From positions 1 through 56,628 of the forward strand of contig CAITSE010000162.1 of NCBI GenBank assembly GCA_903894975.1: a stretch of DNA of 56,628 nt. Reading direction: 5' to 3'. Both the position numbers and the translations under genes were made by a program. This document shows positions 9,128-18,358 of this stretch, in pieces (position 1 is the stretch's first letter; each line of letters starts with the position of its first letter). The stretch comes from an uncultured Lentisphaerota bacterium. GTDB taxonomy: Bacteria; Verrucomicrobiota; Lentisphaeria; Oligosphaerales; CAITYL01. The notes below the pieces were generated by a model, which made no database searches, was not told where the DNA came from, and saw only the letters and a program-made list of their open reading frames with translations.

Positions 9128-9748
9128 ATGCCCGAACCGTTGCTGACCACCGCATACCTGGTGCTGCGCAAGACGCCCGTCGGCGAATCGGGGCTGGTGT
9201 TGGCCGGGTTGACGCCGGAGCACGGGCAACTGCATTTCCTGGTGAAAGGCGCGCGGAAACTGGGGCGCCGGCAGTTTCCGGTGGCGGATCTGTTCCGCGT
9301 CCTGCAGGTCGAATACCGCGACGGGGAACGGGATCTTCTGACTTGGCGTCACGCGGAAACGCGGGAGGATCTGGGCGCGGTGGCGCAGAACCTGGACGCT
9401 TTCCGCGCCGCCGGCCGCCTGGCCCGTTTCGCCCTGGCCAACACCCATGCCGGCGTGGCCATGCCCCGGTTCTTCCGCGCCATGACCGCCGCGTTGCGCC
9501 GCCTGGGCGCCGAGGGCGCGGCCGCCATTCCGGCCGCGACGTCCGGGGTGTTCCTGCTTTTTCTGGAGGAGCAGGGCTGGCTGCCCCCCGCGGAGGAGGC
9601 GGCGCCGGAACGGGCCGCGCGCCGGGAGGCGCTGCTGGCCATGGGTGAGGGCCTGGGCCCGCCGCCGGTTCTGGAACCGGAGGCCTGGCAGCGCACCCAT
9701 GACTGGGCCGTGCGCCAATTGAAGCGCTACGACTGCGACGTCCCGTGA
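9128..9748 (+). CDS. recO: DNA repair protein RecO
   Basis: N-terminal OB motif LVLRKTPVGESGLVL..LTPEHG....VKGARK; short C-terminus without zinc finger. Confidence 0.8.
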   Translation: MPEPLLTTAYLVLRKTPVGESGLVLAGLTPEHGQLHFLVKGARKLGRRQFPVADLFRVLQVEYRDGERDLLTWRHAETREDLGAVAQNLDAFRAAGRLARFALANTHAGVAMPRFFRAMTAALRRLGAEGAAAIPAATSGVFLLFLEEQGWLPPAEEAAPERAARREALLAMGEGLGPPPVLEPEAWQRTHDWAVRQLKRYDCDVP

Positions 9749-9794
9749 CCGCGCCGTTCCCAGGCACCCATTTAATTTTTTCCTCGGGGTCGCT

Positions 9795-9928
9795 ATCGGT
9801 ATCGGAATCGGGATCGAACCCGTGGCTCTTTAGGAACGATGCCGATTCCGATGCCGACCCCGAACAGGCCTCCTATGGGACGCCGGTGTTTTCCTTTCGC
9901 GATATTTCGCGTATTTAGCGGGCAAAAA
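9795..9928. repeat. Inverted hexamer tracts (ATCGGN / CGATNC) plus half of TTTGCCCGC-family palindrome
   Basis: atcggtatcggaatcgggatcgaa then cgatgccgattccgatgccgacccc; tttcgcgatatttcgcgtatttagcgggcaaaa, whose complement occurs at ~33422 and ~51708. Confidence 0.75.
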
Positions 9929-9979
9929 GGATCGGGGATCAAGGGGGGGGCATCGCCTTGTTCATGAATCGATAAGCTC

Positions 9980-10273
9980 TTACTCTTCTTCCAGGACGAA
10001 GGACATTCCGGTGCCGCAGTAGAAGACGCCCTCAACCGGCGCCTGGGGCTCGCTGGTCACGCACACGACAAGGGGAACGCCGGACGGGACGGGCGAGTCC
10101 GGGAACCCTTCCGACATGCCCTGCATCAGCGCCGCCCTGCCGGTCCAATGCACTTCGCGCCGGTCAATCAGTTTGCCGCCCTCATACACGCTCATTTTTC
10201 CGTGGTGGTAACACCCGGTGAGCATGACCAGGAACAAGACCAACCCGTACGGTGTTTTGGAGAGCATTTTCAT
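9980..10273 (-). CDS. Small lipoprotein (paralog 3)
   Basis: Lipobox LTGC after hydrophobic stretch. Confidence 0.7.
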   Translation of the reverse strand: MKMLSKTPYGLVLFLVMLTGCYHHGKMSVYEGGKLIDRREVHWTGRAALMQGMSEGFPDSPVPSGVPLVVCVTSEPQAPVEGVFYCGTGMSFVLEEE

Positions 10274-10358
10274 CCTCTTTCCATGGCGGCCAAACATTTC
10301 TTCGCCTGGGTGTGGGAAGGCGCGGGCGCCGGACTCTCCGGGCGCCCGTCGCATCGAC

Positions 10359-10625
10359 CTACCGAGTTTCGGCGGCCAGAGTAAAGATGACCGCGCCGCC
10401 TCCCACCGTGACCGTGTCCAGGGGAATCCCCGCGGCGGGGACGATCTGGACGTGTTGGCCGGAGTCGGTCACGAAGCTTCCGGGCCCGTCCTGGTGCAAG
10501 TCCCACTCCCCGAGCTTAATCCCGTTCTGGTAGGCCGTCATATGGCGCTGCTGACACCCGCATAGCCCGGCCAGGCAAATGGCGGCGACACAGCCCGTTG
10601 CCCCGCGACTCAGATTCCAGGTCAT
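10359..10625 (-). CDS. Small lipoprotein (paralog 2)
   Basis: Lipobox LCGC; GGAG upstream. Confidence 0.7.
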   Translation of the reverse strand: MTWNLSRGATGCVAAICLAGLCGCQQRHMTAYQNGIKLGEWDLHQDGPGSFVTDSGQHVQIVPAAGIPLDTVTVGGGAVIFTLAAETR

Positions 10626-10668
10626 GGTCACTTCTCCCAAACGAAACTCGCGCAGGATGCCGGTTAGG

Positions 10669-10869
10669 TTACTTCACTTCTTCCATGACCACGGTGGCAT
10701 TTTGGATCACCACGCTTCGGCCATCCGGGGTGTGGAGGCCGCCTGAACTATGGATTAATTGCCCGTCATAAATTTTTTCGCCCTTCAGGTCATAGGCCTT
10801 GACGTTGTACGTCGTTTCGCAGCCTGCCAGCAACGGTAAAAGGGCCAGCGCGCCAAGCATCGTTTTCAT
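10669..10869 (-). CDS. Small lipoprotein (paralog 1)
   Basis: MKTMLGALALLPLLAGC lipobox; GGAG upstream. Confidence 0.75.
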   Translation of the reverse strand: MKTMLGALALLPLLAGCETTYNVKAYDLKGEKIYDGQLIHSSGGLHTPDGRSVVIQNATVVMEEVK

Positions 10870-11116
10870 GCGGTTCTCCGAATGGGGGGGGGCGGGTTGC
10901 GGGGTTAAAGGCGTGGTAAAATAAGGGACGGCGCGGGGAACGGCAACCTTGGGGCGAGGCATTACCACGCGCGGTTCAAAAGATGCCCAATCTCCGGTAA
11001 GGCAGGCTATGTTATTCCTTTTCTATAGAAAACGGGCCGAACGCGCACGCGTGGGTTCGTTCCGGACTTTTGGCTGATCACGAAGGCACAGCCTTGGCCA
11101 AGTGAGGGCGATACGC

Positions 11117-13483
11117 ATGAAGGGTTCTATTACAGGATTACAGCGGGCCGGGCGGCTGGCGCTTTGCGGCCTGGCCTTCCTGCTTGCCGTGCCGCGGCCG
11201 GCCGGCGCCGCCGAGTCCCTGCTGCCGGCGGGGTTTGGCATGCGGTTGCCGGTGGAAATCCAGGCCGACCGGTATGAATCCGACCAGAAGTCGGGCGTGT
11301 TCATGGGCGTGGGCAATGTCCGCATCCAGTACCAGGACATTGTCCTCACCTGCGATGAACTCCGAGTGAACACCAAAACCTTGGACGATCTTCTGGCCAA
11401 GGGCAATGTCACTCTGGAGCGTGGCAACCTGACCTGGCGTTGCGACGAGGTGACCGGCAATCTCAACACCCGTCAGTTTGAGGTCGGCCGCTACAACGCC
11501 CGTAGCGGCCAGTTCTATCTCTCCGGCAACAAGGGCATCTATCACGGCGTCCACGAAACCGAGACCGATCCGGCCACCGGCCAGAAGGTGCGTCCGGCCG
11601 ACACCCGCGAAGCCGAGCTCGACCATCCCGTCATCACCACCTGCGATTACACCGATCCCCACACCCGGGCGACCGCCAATCGCGTGGTTTATTATCCCGA
11701 TGGCACCTACAAGGCGTATCATGTCGTCTACCGTGTCGGCTGGCTGCCGGTCTTCTACTTACCCTACATGCATGGCACCACCGGTGCGGCCGGCATGTTC
11801 TCGGTCAAGCCTGGCTACAACAGCAAGTACGGCGCTTTCCTGCTGATCTCCAAGGAATTCAAGATTTCCAAGGAGATTTCCACCACGTTCCGCTTGGATC
11901 TCCGCACCAAGAACGGCGTGGCCGTGGGCAACGAGACCGTCATCGAGACCAAGCGCACGTACACCGACATCCTCTTCTACGGCATGAGCGACAATGACGC
12001 GCCGGACACCGGCGACGGCTACAATCGCCGTTTCAAGGTCATCAAAGACCGCTACCGCGCCAAGATCTATAACCGTTCGGAGATCACCGACGACCTCACC
12101 TTCCGGCTCAAGCTCGACAAGATGAGCGACATCGACATGCTGGAGAATTGGTACGACAAAGAGTACAGCAACAATCCCCAGCCCAAGTCCTTCGTCGATG
12201 CCACGTTGGACTGGAACCGCGTCTCCCTCTCCCTCTCGGCCCGGCCGCGGGTCAATGATTTCTACACTGAAGTTGAACAGTTGCCCGTGCTCCACCTTAC
12301 CATGCCCCGGCAGGCCCTGGGCAACAGCGGGTTTTACTACCAGTCCGACAGCAGCATTGGCAAAATGGAAATGCGCTGGCGCGACTTTGACAAATCGCGT
12401 CCCTCGGTTCCCGCGGGCCTCACCGATCCCGCCGACTACAGCGCCCTGCGCGCCGACTCCCTGCACATGTTCTACTACCCCCTCCACCTCGGGGAGTTCC
12501 AGGTCACGCCCCGGGCCGGCGGCCGCCTGACCTACTACAGCCGGACCAGCAAGGGCGCCATCTCCACCCAGGATTTGGAAAACATGGCGGCCGTGACTGA
12601 CCCGGACAACCCCGACACCACCCTGGCCGTCAACAGTTATGACGACCAGGGCGGCGGCACGCTCCGGCTTGCCGGCGAAACCGGCTTTGAAGTCTCCACC
12701 AAGTACTACCGCACCTGGAAAGACTATAAGAGTACCCGGTGGGACATCGACGGCCTGCGCCATGTCGTCCAGCCTTACATGAATTACACCTTTGCGCCGA
12801 AGCCGAGCCAGGACCGGGAGAACCTTTATTTCTTTGACGAGATCGATCGGTTGATCGAGCAGAACTTCGTCCGCCTCGGCTTGCGCCAGCGCGCCGAAAC
12901 CCGGCGCAGCAACCGCATTTACACCCTGGCCTCGTTGGAGAACTATGCCGATTTCCATTTCCACAATGAGGAAGGGTTTAAGAGCCTGGGTAATTTTGGT
13001 ACCCTCGCCCAGTACAACCCGAAAGAGACGCTGAGCTTCTGGGGCCGGGCTGTGGCCGACATGAACGAGCCGACCCTGAACCGGGCCGAGGTCGGCGTTG
13101 GCTTCGGCAACAAAAAAGTTCTGCGCACCGACGTTTCCTATCTCTACCGCAACGAGTACGATGCGCGCACCGTCTACTCCATGGGCAGTTCCCTGGCGGA
13201 CGCCGGCGGCGACCAGACCTTCGCCCACCACTATGATAAAAGCCATTACGTCGCCGTCGAGTTCAACTTCCCCATCAACGCCAAGACCGACGGCCTGGTT
13301 CGCTATGAGTTCGACATCCTGGAAACGCGGATGGCCAGGCAGGTGTACGAGATCCAGCGGGATCTGCACTGCTGGAAGGGCTCGTTCCGGATAGAGGAGG
13401 CCAACGGGGATGTCAGTTTTATTGTCGCGTTCTATCTGAAAGCATTTCCCGGGTTCCGCCTCGATTCCAGCAGCAGTCTTTGA
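11117..13483 (+). CDS. lptD: LPS-assembly outer-membrane protein LptD
   Basis: Signal peptide; OstA-like N-domain (IQADRY..GNVRIQY..LTCDEL); ITTCD, PVFYLPY, RHVVQP and RDLHCW motifs. Confidence 0.85.
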   Translation: MKGSITGLQRAGRLALCGLAFLLAVPRPAGAAESLLPAGFGMRLPVEIQADRYESDQKSGVFMGVGNVRIQYQDIVLTCDELRVNTKTLDDLLAKGNVTLERGNLTWRCDEVTGNLNTRQFEVGRYNARSGQFYLSGNKGIYHGVHETETDPATGQKVRPADTREAELDHPVITTCDYTDPHTRATANRVVYYPDGTYKAYHVVYRVGWLPVFYLPYMHGTTGAAGMFSVKPGYNSKYGAFLLISKEFKISKEISTTFRLDLRTKNGVAVGNETVIETKRTYTDILFYGMSDNDAPDTGDGYNRRFKVIKDRYRAKIYNRSEITDDLTFRLKLDKMSDIDMLENWYDKEYSNNPQPKSFVDATLDWNRVSLSLSARPRVNDFYTEVEQLPVLHLTMPRQALGNSGFYYQSDSSIGKMEMRWRDFDKSRPSVPAGLTDPADYSALRADSLHMFYYPLHLGEFQVTPRAGGRLTYYSRTSKGAISTQDLENMAAVTDPDNPDTTLAVNSYDDQGGGTLRLAGETGFEVSTKYYRTWKDYKSTRWDIDGLRHVVQPYMNYTFAPKPSQDRENLYFFDEIDRLIEQNFVRLGLRQRAETRRSNRIYTLASLENYADFHFHNEEGFKSLGNFGTLAQYNPKETLSFWGRAVADMNEPTLNRAEVGVGFGNKKVLRTDVSYLYRNEYDARTVYSMGSSLADAGGDQTFAHHYDKSHYVAVEFNFPINAKTDGLVRYEFDILETRMARQVYEIQRDLHCWKGSFRIEEANGDVSFIVAFYLKAFPGFRLDSSSSL

Positions 13484-13515
13484 GCTGAATGATTCGCAAC
13501 CAAACTTGAATTCAT

Positions 13516-13590
13516 TGAACAGAAGGCCGCAAAGAGCACGCAAGGATTTGGGCTGAAACCGCCTTTGTGTTCTTTGCGAGCTTCTGTTTA
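13516..13590. repeat. AACAGAAG-family palindrome
   Basis: tgaacagaaggccgcaaagagcacgcaagg ... cctttgtgttctttgcgagcttctgttt. Confidence 0.85.
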
Positions 13591-13603
13591 AAAAGGCTTT
13601 GCC

Positions 13604-14725
13604 ATGGACGTTCCGCTTCTTGACCTGCGCGCCCAGTACCGGCCCATCCGCGAGGAAATCCGCCGCGCCCTCGACGAAGTTTGTGATGCCCAGTATTTCA
13701 TCCTGGGTCCGGCCGTGGAAAAACTCGAACGGGAAGTCGCCGCGTATAGCGGCTGCGCCGGCGCCTGCGGCGTCACTTCCGGCTCCGACGCGCTTATCCT
13801 TTGCCTTATGGCCGAGGGCATCGGTCCCGGCGACGAAGTCATTACTTCGCCCTACACGTTTTTCGCCACTGCCGGCGCCATCCACCGCGTCGGCGCCAAG
13901 GCCGTGTTTGCGGATATTGACCCCACGACCTTCAACCTCGACTCCGCCCAGGTCGCGGCCAAAATCACCCCGAAAACCCGCGCCGTCATCCCGGTGCATC
14001 TTTACGGGCAGTGCGCTGATATGGATCCCCTTCTGGAACTGGCCCGCCGGCACAAGCTCATCGTGGTCGAGGACGCCTGCCAGGCTATCGGCGCCGAGTA
14101 CCAGGGCCGCCGCGCCGGCGCCATGGGCGAATACGGTTGCCTCTCGTTCTTTCCCAGCAAGAACCTGGGCGGGTTCGGCGACGGCGGCATGATCGTCACC
14201 CGCGATCCGGCCCGCGTCGAACGGCTGAAAATGCTCCGTAACCACGGCATGCATCCCAAGTATCACCACCGCGTTGTGGGCGGCAATTTCCGCCTTGACG
14301 CACTTCAGGCCGCAGTGCTCTCCGTCAAGCTCAAGTACCTGGACGGCTGGAGCGCCGCGCGCCAGGCCAACGCCGCCGACTACATCCGCCTCTTCGCCGC
14401 GCGGCCGCATACCGCAAGCCTGGTCGTGCCCACTGCCGCGGCGTACACCACCCGCCATATCTACAACCAGTTCTGCGTGCGCCTGCCCGCCGCCCGGCGT
14501 CAGGCCGTGATGGACGGATTCAAGGCCGCTGGTATCGGCTGCGAGATCTATTATCCCGTGCCGCTCCACCTGCAGGAATGCTTCCAGTACCTGGGTCACA
14601 AACCTGGCGACTTCCCGGAGAGCGAGCGCGCCGCGGCCGAAACCCTGGCCCTGCCGATCTATCCGGAAGCCACGCCGGAACAGCGCGCCTTTGTCGCCGA
14701 CACCCTGAACCGCCTTCTGGCCTGA
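13604..14725 (+). CDS. DegT/DnrJ/EryC1/StrS family PLP sugar aminotransferase
   Basis: VHLYGQ, VEDACQAIG, SFFPSKNLGGFGDGG, NFRLDALQAA. Confidence 0.95.
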   Translation: MDVPLLDLRAQYRPIREEIRRALDEVCDAQYFILGPAVEKLEREVAAYSGCAGACGVTSGSDALILCLMAEGIGPGDEVITSPYTFFATAGAIHRVGAKAVFADIDPTTFNLDSAQVAAKITPKTRAVIPVHLYGQCADMDPLLELARRHKLIVVEDACQAIGAEYQGRRAGAMGEYGCLSFFPSKNLGGFGDGGMIVTRDPARVERLKMLRNHGMHPKYHHRVVGGNFRLDALQAAVLSVKLKYLDGWSAARQANAADYIRLFAARPHTASLVVPTAAAYTTRHIYNQFCVRLPAARRQAVMDGFKAAGIGCEIYYPVPLHLQECFQYLGHKPGDFPESERAAAETLALPIYPEATPEQRAFVADTLNRLLA

Positions 14726-14752
14726 CCACCGTCCCCTGCGAAATGTATCATC

Positions 14753-16684
14753 ATGGCCAGCCCGACTTTTTCCACTTACATCCGCCTGCTTGGCTACACC
14801 CGGCCCTATTGGCTGCGGCTGGTCGTCGGCCTTGTGGCCGGGCTTTTCGTGGGCGGTTCCCTTTTCGGCGCCCTGCGCTGTTCGCCGGTCCTGATTCGTG
14901 AATTCCTCAAGGGAACGGTTCAGGCCGCGCCCACGATTACGACCACGACGCCTGCCGCGACGCCCGTTCCCATCGTGTCCACCCCGGCCATGGCGTCCAC
15001 CGGAACCGCGGTCACGGCCTCACCCGGCCGCATCAAGGACCTGGAGTCTTTCCAGAAGGTGGCCTCTCGTTTCGGCATTGAGACGGTTCGGCCGGACGGG
15101 TCTATGACCTGGCAGTTCCTTCTGATCCTGGTCCTGGGCCTGCCGTTCTTCATGATGCTGCGTTCCCTGACCATCTACATCAATCATTATTGCATGCGCT
15201 GGATCGGCGCCCGTGCCGTGGTGGACCTGCGCAACCAGCTTTTCGACCGGCTCCTGGCGCAGTCGCTCAAGTATTTTGGCAAGATTGACGTCGGCCACCT
15301 CATCAGCCGTTGCACCTACGACACGAGCATGGTCGAGAGCGCCATTGCCAATACCGTGGCCGACCTCGTCCAGGCGCCGGTCGAAATCGCAGCGGCGGCG
15401 GTGTTCATCATGCTCACGGCGGCCGAATACCACATGCTTCCCGCCGTGGCGGCGCTGTTCATCGTCTTCCCGCTTATCATCCTGCCGATCGTGCTTCTCG
15501 GCCGCTACGTCAAACGCTACACCCGCCGCGCCCTGGAACGCATCTCCGATCTGGTTTCGCGCATGCAGGAAGTGTTCACCGGCATCCGCGTCATCAAGGC
15601 CTATCACACCGAGGCGGAGGAAAGCGCGCGTTTCCTCGCCCTGGCCCGCAGCTATTTCCGCACGGTCATCCGCATTCTGCGCTATGAGCTGATGATGGCC
15701 CCGCTCATGGAATTCGTGGCCGTGACCATCGCCTGCGGCTTTCTGGTCTACTGCTACTCCACTGGCATCGGCTTTGACATCATCATCCCCGTCGGCGGCG
15801 CCGCCATCCTCGCCTACCGCCCGGTCAAAGTCCTGGCCAAGGTCAACGCCAGCCTCCAGCGCACCACCGCCGCCGCCGAGCGGCTCTTCGCCATCCTGGA
15901 CACCGACACGGCATTGCCGGAAAAGCCTGACGCCATCCCGGTCGCCGGCTTTCAGGACAAGATCGTTTTCGACCATGTTTCGTTCCGCTACGAGAGCGAG
16001 GGGTTGCCCGTGCTCACGGACCTCAGCTTCACCCTGCCGCGCGGCGGCGTGGCCGCCTTTGTCGGCCGCACCGGTTCCGGGAAAACCACCGTGGCCAGCA
16101 TCATGGCCCGTTTCTATGATGTCACCGCCGGGCGCGTCCTGCTCGACGGCCATGACGTGCGCGACCTCAAAATCGCCAGCCTGCGCCGTCTCATCGGCGT
16201 GGTCACCCAGGAAACCATCCTTTTCAACGACACCATCGCCGCCAATATCGCCTACGGCACGCCCGGCGTCACCCGCGAGGAAATCATCGAGGCCGCGAAA
16301 AAAGCCAATGCCCATGACTTCATCGCCGCCGAACCCGAAGGCTACGACCGCATGGTCGGCGACAAAGGCTTCCGCCTCAGCGGCGGCCAGCGCCAACGCA
16401 TCGCCATTGCCCGCGCCATCCTTCGCAATCCGCCCATCCTTATCCTGGACGAGGCCACCAGCGCCCTGGACACCGTCACCGAGCAGCAGGTTCAGGAAGC
16501 GCTTTACCGGCTCATGCAGGACCGTACCGTCCTGGTCATCGCCCACCGGCTCAGTACCATCCGCCGCGCCGACTGCATTTATGTCCTTGAAGAAGGCGGA
16601 TGCATCTCTGAAAAAGGTTCCCATGCCGAACTTTACGCCTCCGGCGGCGGGTACCGTAGACTCTGCGACAACACGGAATCGTAA
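14753..16684 (+). CDS. msbA: MsbA-like ABC exporter (fused TMD and NBD)
   Basis: TM helices; Walker A GRTGSGKT, LSGGQRQR signature, ILDEATSALD; next to lptD. Confidence 0.8.
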   Translation: MASPTFSTYIRLLGYTRPYWLRLVVGLVAGLFVGGSLFGALRCSPVLIREFLKGTVQAAPTITTTTPAATPVPIVSTPAMASTGTAVTASPGRIKDLESFQKVASRFGIETVRPDGSMTWQFLLILVLGLPFFMMLRSLTIYINHYCMRWIGARAVVDLRNQLFDRLLAQSLKYFGKIDVGHLISRCTYDTSMVESAIANTVADLVQAPVEIAAAAVFIMLTAAEYHMLPAVAALFIVFPLIILPIVLLGRYVKRYTRRALERISDLVSRMQEVFTGIRVIKAYHTEAEESARFLALARSYFRTVIRILRYELMMAPLMEFVAVTIACGFLVYCYSTGIGFDIIIPVGGAAILAYRPVKVLAKVNASLQRTTAAAERLFAILDTDTALPEKPDAIPVAGFQDKIVFDHVSFRYESEGLPVLTDLSFTLPRGGVAAFVGRTGSGKTTVASIMARFYDVTAGRVLLDGHDVRDLKIASLRRLIGVVTQETILFNDTIAANIAYGTPGVTREEIIEAAKKANAHDFIAAEPEGYDRMVGDKGFRLSGGQRQRIAIARAILRNPPILILDEATSALDTVTEQQVQEALYRLMQDRTVLVIAHRLSTIRRADCIYVLEEGGCISEKGSHAELYASGGGYRRLCDNTES

Positions 16685-16738
16685 GCCGGCCGCGCCGGGT
16701 TTGACCGTTGTTTTTTTCACGCTGAGGAGTTGTTGTTC

Positions 16739-17860
16739 ATGGAAAATCCTCCCCCCGCCGCTGCTGCCGACTCCGCTGCCACCCCGCCCCCGGAGTCTGC
16801 TCCTGCCCCCGCTGCCGGCCCCGCGACGGCCGCGCCGCCGTGCCGGCGTTCCTCCTGGAAGGGCTGCCTGATCGCGGCCGTCGTGGTGGCGCTCTGCGGC
16901 TTGGCCCTGCTGCTGGGCGGGGTCGGCCTGGTCGCGGCCTTGATCTGGGGCGCGACCGTCGGCGACATCGCCAAACCCGCGCCAGTCCGCCAGGAATTGA
17001 TCGAAGGCACGATGTTTGCCCACAAAAAAATCGCCGTGATCGAAATCAAAGGCGTCATCCGCGGCGGCTCGCTCCATGACGGCGCCACCTCCGAACGCAT
17101 CTGCGAGGAACTCAAGGCCGCGGAAGAGGATGCCGCCGTGGTGGCCGTTATCCTCGACATGGACACTCCCGGCGGCGAGGTCACGGCCAGTGATGAAATT
17201 CATCATGCCGTCTGCCGCCTCAGCGATTCCGGCAAGCCGGTGGTCACCTGTATGCGCTCCATGGGCGCCAGCGGCGGCTATTTCATCGCCGCCGCCTCTG
17301 ACCACATCATCGCTAACCGCCTTACCCTTACCGGCAGCGTCGGCGTCATCATCTCGACGATCAACTATGCCGGATTGCTCGACAAGATCGGCGTCAAGGA
17401 CGAAACCTACCGCTCCGGCGCCATGAAGGACATGCTCAACGGCGGCCGCGCCCGCACACCGGCAGAGACGGAATACGTCAACGGCCTGGTGCGCAAAACG
17501 TTCATCGAATTCGCCAAGGTCGTCGCCGAGGGCCGCGCGGACGGCTATAAAGACACGGATGCCGTGCTCAAAGCGCCCTTTGCCGACGGCCGCGTACTCT
17601 CCGGTCAGGACGCACTCGACCTGAAACTGGTCGATGAACTTGGTTATTTCGAGGACGCCGTGGACGCCGCGCGCGACCTGGGCAAAGCCCCCGACGCCAA
17701 GGTCGTCCGCTTCCAGCGCTCCATGGGGCTGGCCGACCTGTTTTTTTCCATGCGGAGTTCGCTCAAGCCCATGGGCCTGCTCAGCCTGACCCAGCCCGAC
17801 CCCGCCTTCCAGCCGCGCCCCGGCCAGCTCTACTACATCCTTCCGGCGTATGTGCCGTGA
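16739..17860 (+). CDS. sppA: Signal peptide peptidase SppA (S49, 36K type)
   Basis: DTPGG, GASGGYFIA, TGSVGVI, ADGRV; N-terminal membrane anchor; RBS GAGGAG. Confidence 0.92.
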   Translation: MENPPPAAAADSAATPPPESAPAPAAGPATAAPPCRRSSWKGCLIAAVVVALCGLALLLGGVGLVAALIWGATVGDIAKPAPVRQELIEGTMFAHKKIAVIEIKGVIRGGSLHDGATSERICEELKAAEEDAAVVAVILDMDTPGGEVTASDEIHHAVCRLSDSGKPVVTCMRSMGASGGYFIAAASDHIIANRLTLTGSVGVIISTINYAGLLDKIGVKDETYRSGAMKDMLNGGRARTPAETEYVNGLVRKTFIEFAKVVAEGRADGYKDTDAVLKAPFADGRVLSGQDALDLKLVDELGYFEDAVDAARDLGKAPDAKVVRFQRSMGLADLFFSMRSSLKPMGLLSLTQPDPAFQPRPGQLYYILPAYVP

Positions 17861-17867
17861 GGAAAGC

Positions 17868-17952
17868 CTGTGGTCTGTAGGCCCGTGGTCTGTGGGTGTG
17901 GGGGGGCGGGTGTCCCACCCGGCCAAACGGGCCGGCGGGCATCTTGTCCGCC
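17868..17952. repeat. GTCTGTG tract plus GGGCAAGATGCCC-family element
   Basis: ctgtggtctgtaggcccgtggtctgtgg; ~17905-17952 is the approximate reverse complement of ~42256-42305. Confidence 0.75.
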
Positions 17953-17972
17953 GATTCCGAACGAACTCGCAA

Positions 17973-18183
17973 GGGCATGCGCGTCAACGTAAGGACTTGA
18001 GCCTCTTTCGTACCGAGGCGCAGCATCTTTGGAGTGCCGGCGGCTTGACGCCGCTTTTTCCCGCCGGTGTAACCGGCCTTCTGTCTGATGTCTCCGATTT
18101 ATCTGGACGAGGGAGCCAATTACACGTGGGAGGGCGGCTCCGCCGTCGGGAAAAGCTGCGTCAAGCCGCAGGCACTCCAAAGC
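17973..18183 (+). mobile_element. Composite non-autonomous element: GGGCATGCGCGTCAAC end plus TTGGAGTGC...GCACTCCAA REPIN-like doublet, copy 1
   Basis: Shares ~55-bp leader and both arms with 44135-44349. Confidence 0.7.
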
Positions 18184-18358
18184 AGCGCGGGCGTTGCAGT
18201 AAATATGCAATTTTGTTACAACGAAAGATTTCCACGGCATAATTCTCCAGCTCCCATTTCGGTCGGCGGCCGTTAACTTGCGCCCCAATCTGCGAAAATC
18301 TGCGTAATCTGCGGAGAAAGTTCTTTCGGGCGTTTTTATCCGCAGATTCCTGACTGGA

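Noticed and set aside
11759-17926. Very long minus-strand ORFs (946 and 968 aa)
   Set aside because: Antisense shadows of lptD, DegT, msbA and sppA caused by high GC3; no recognisable motifs
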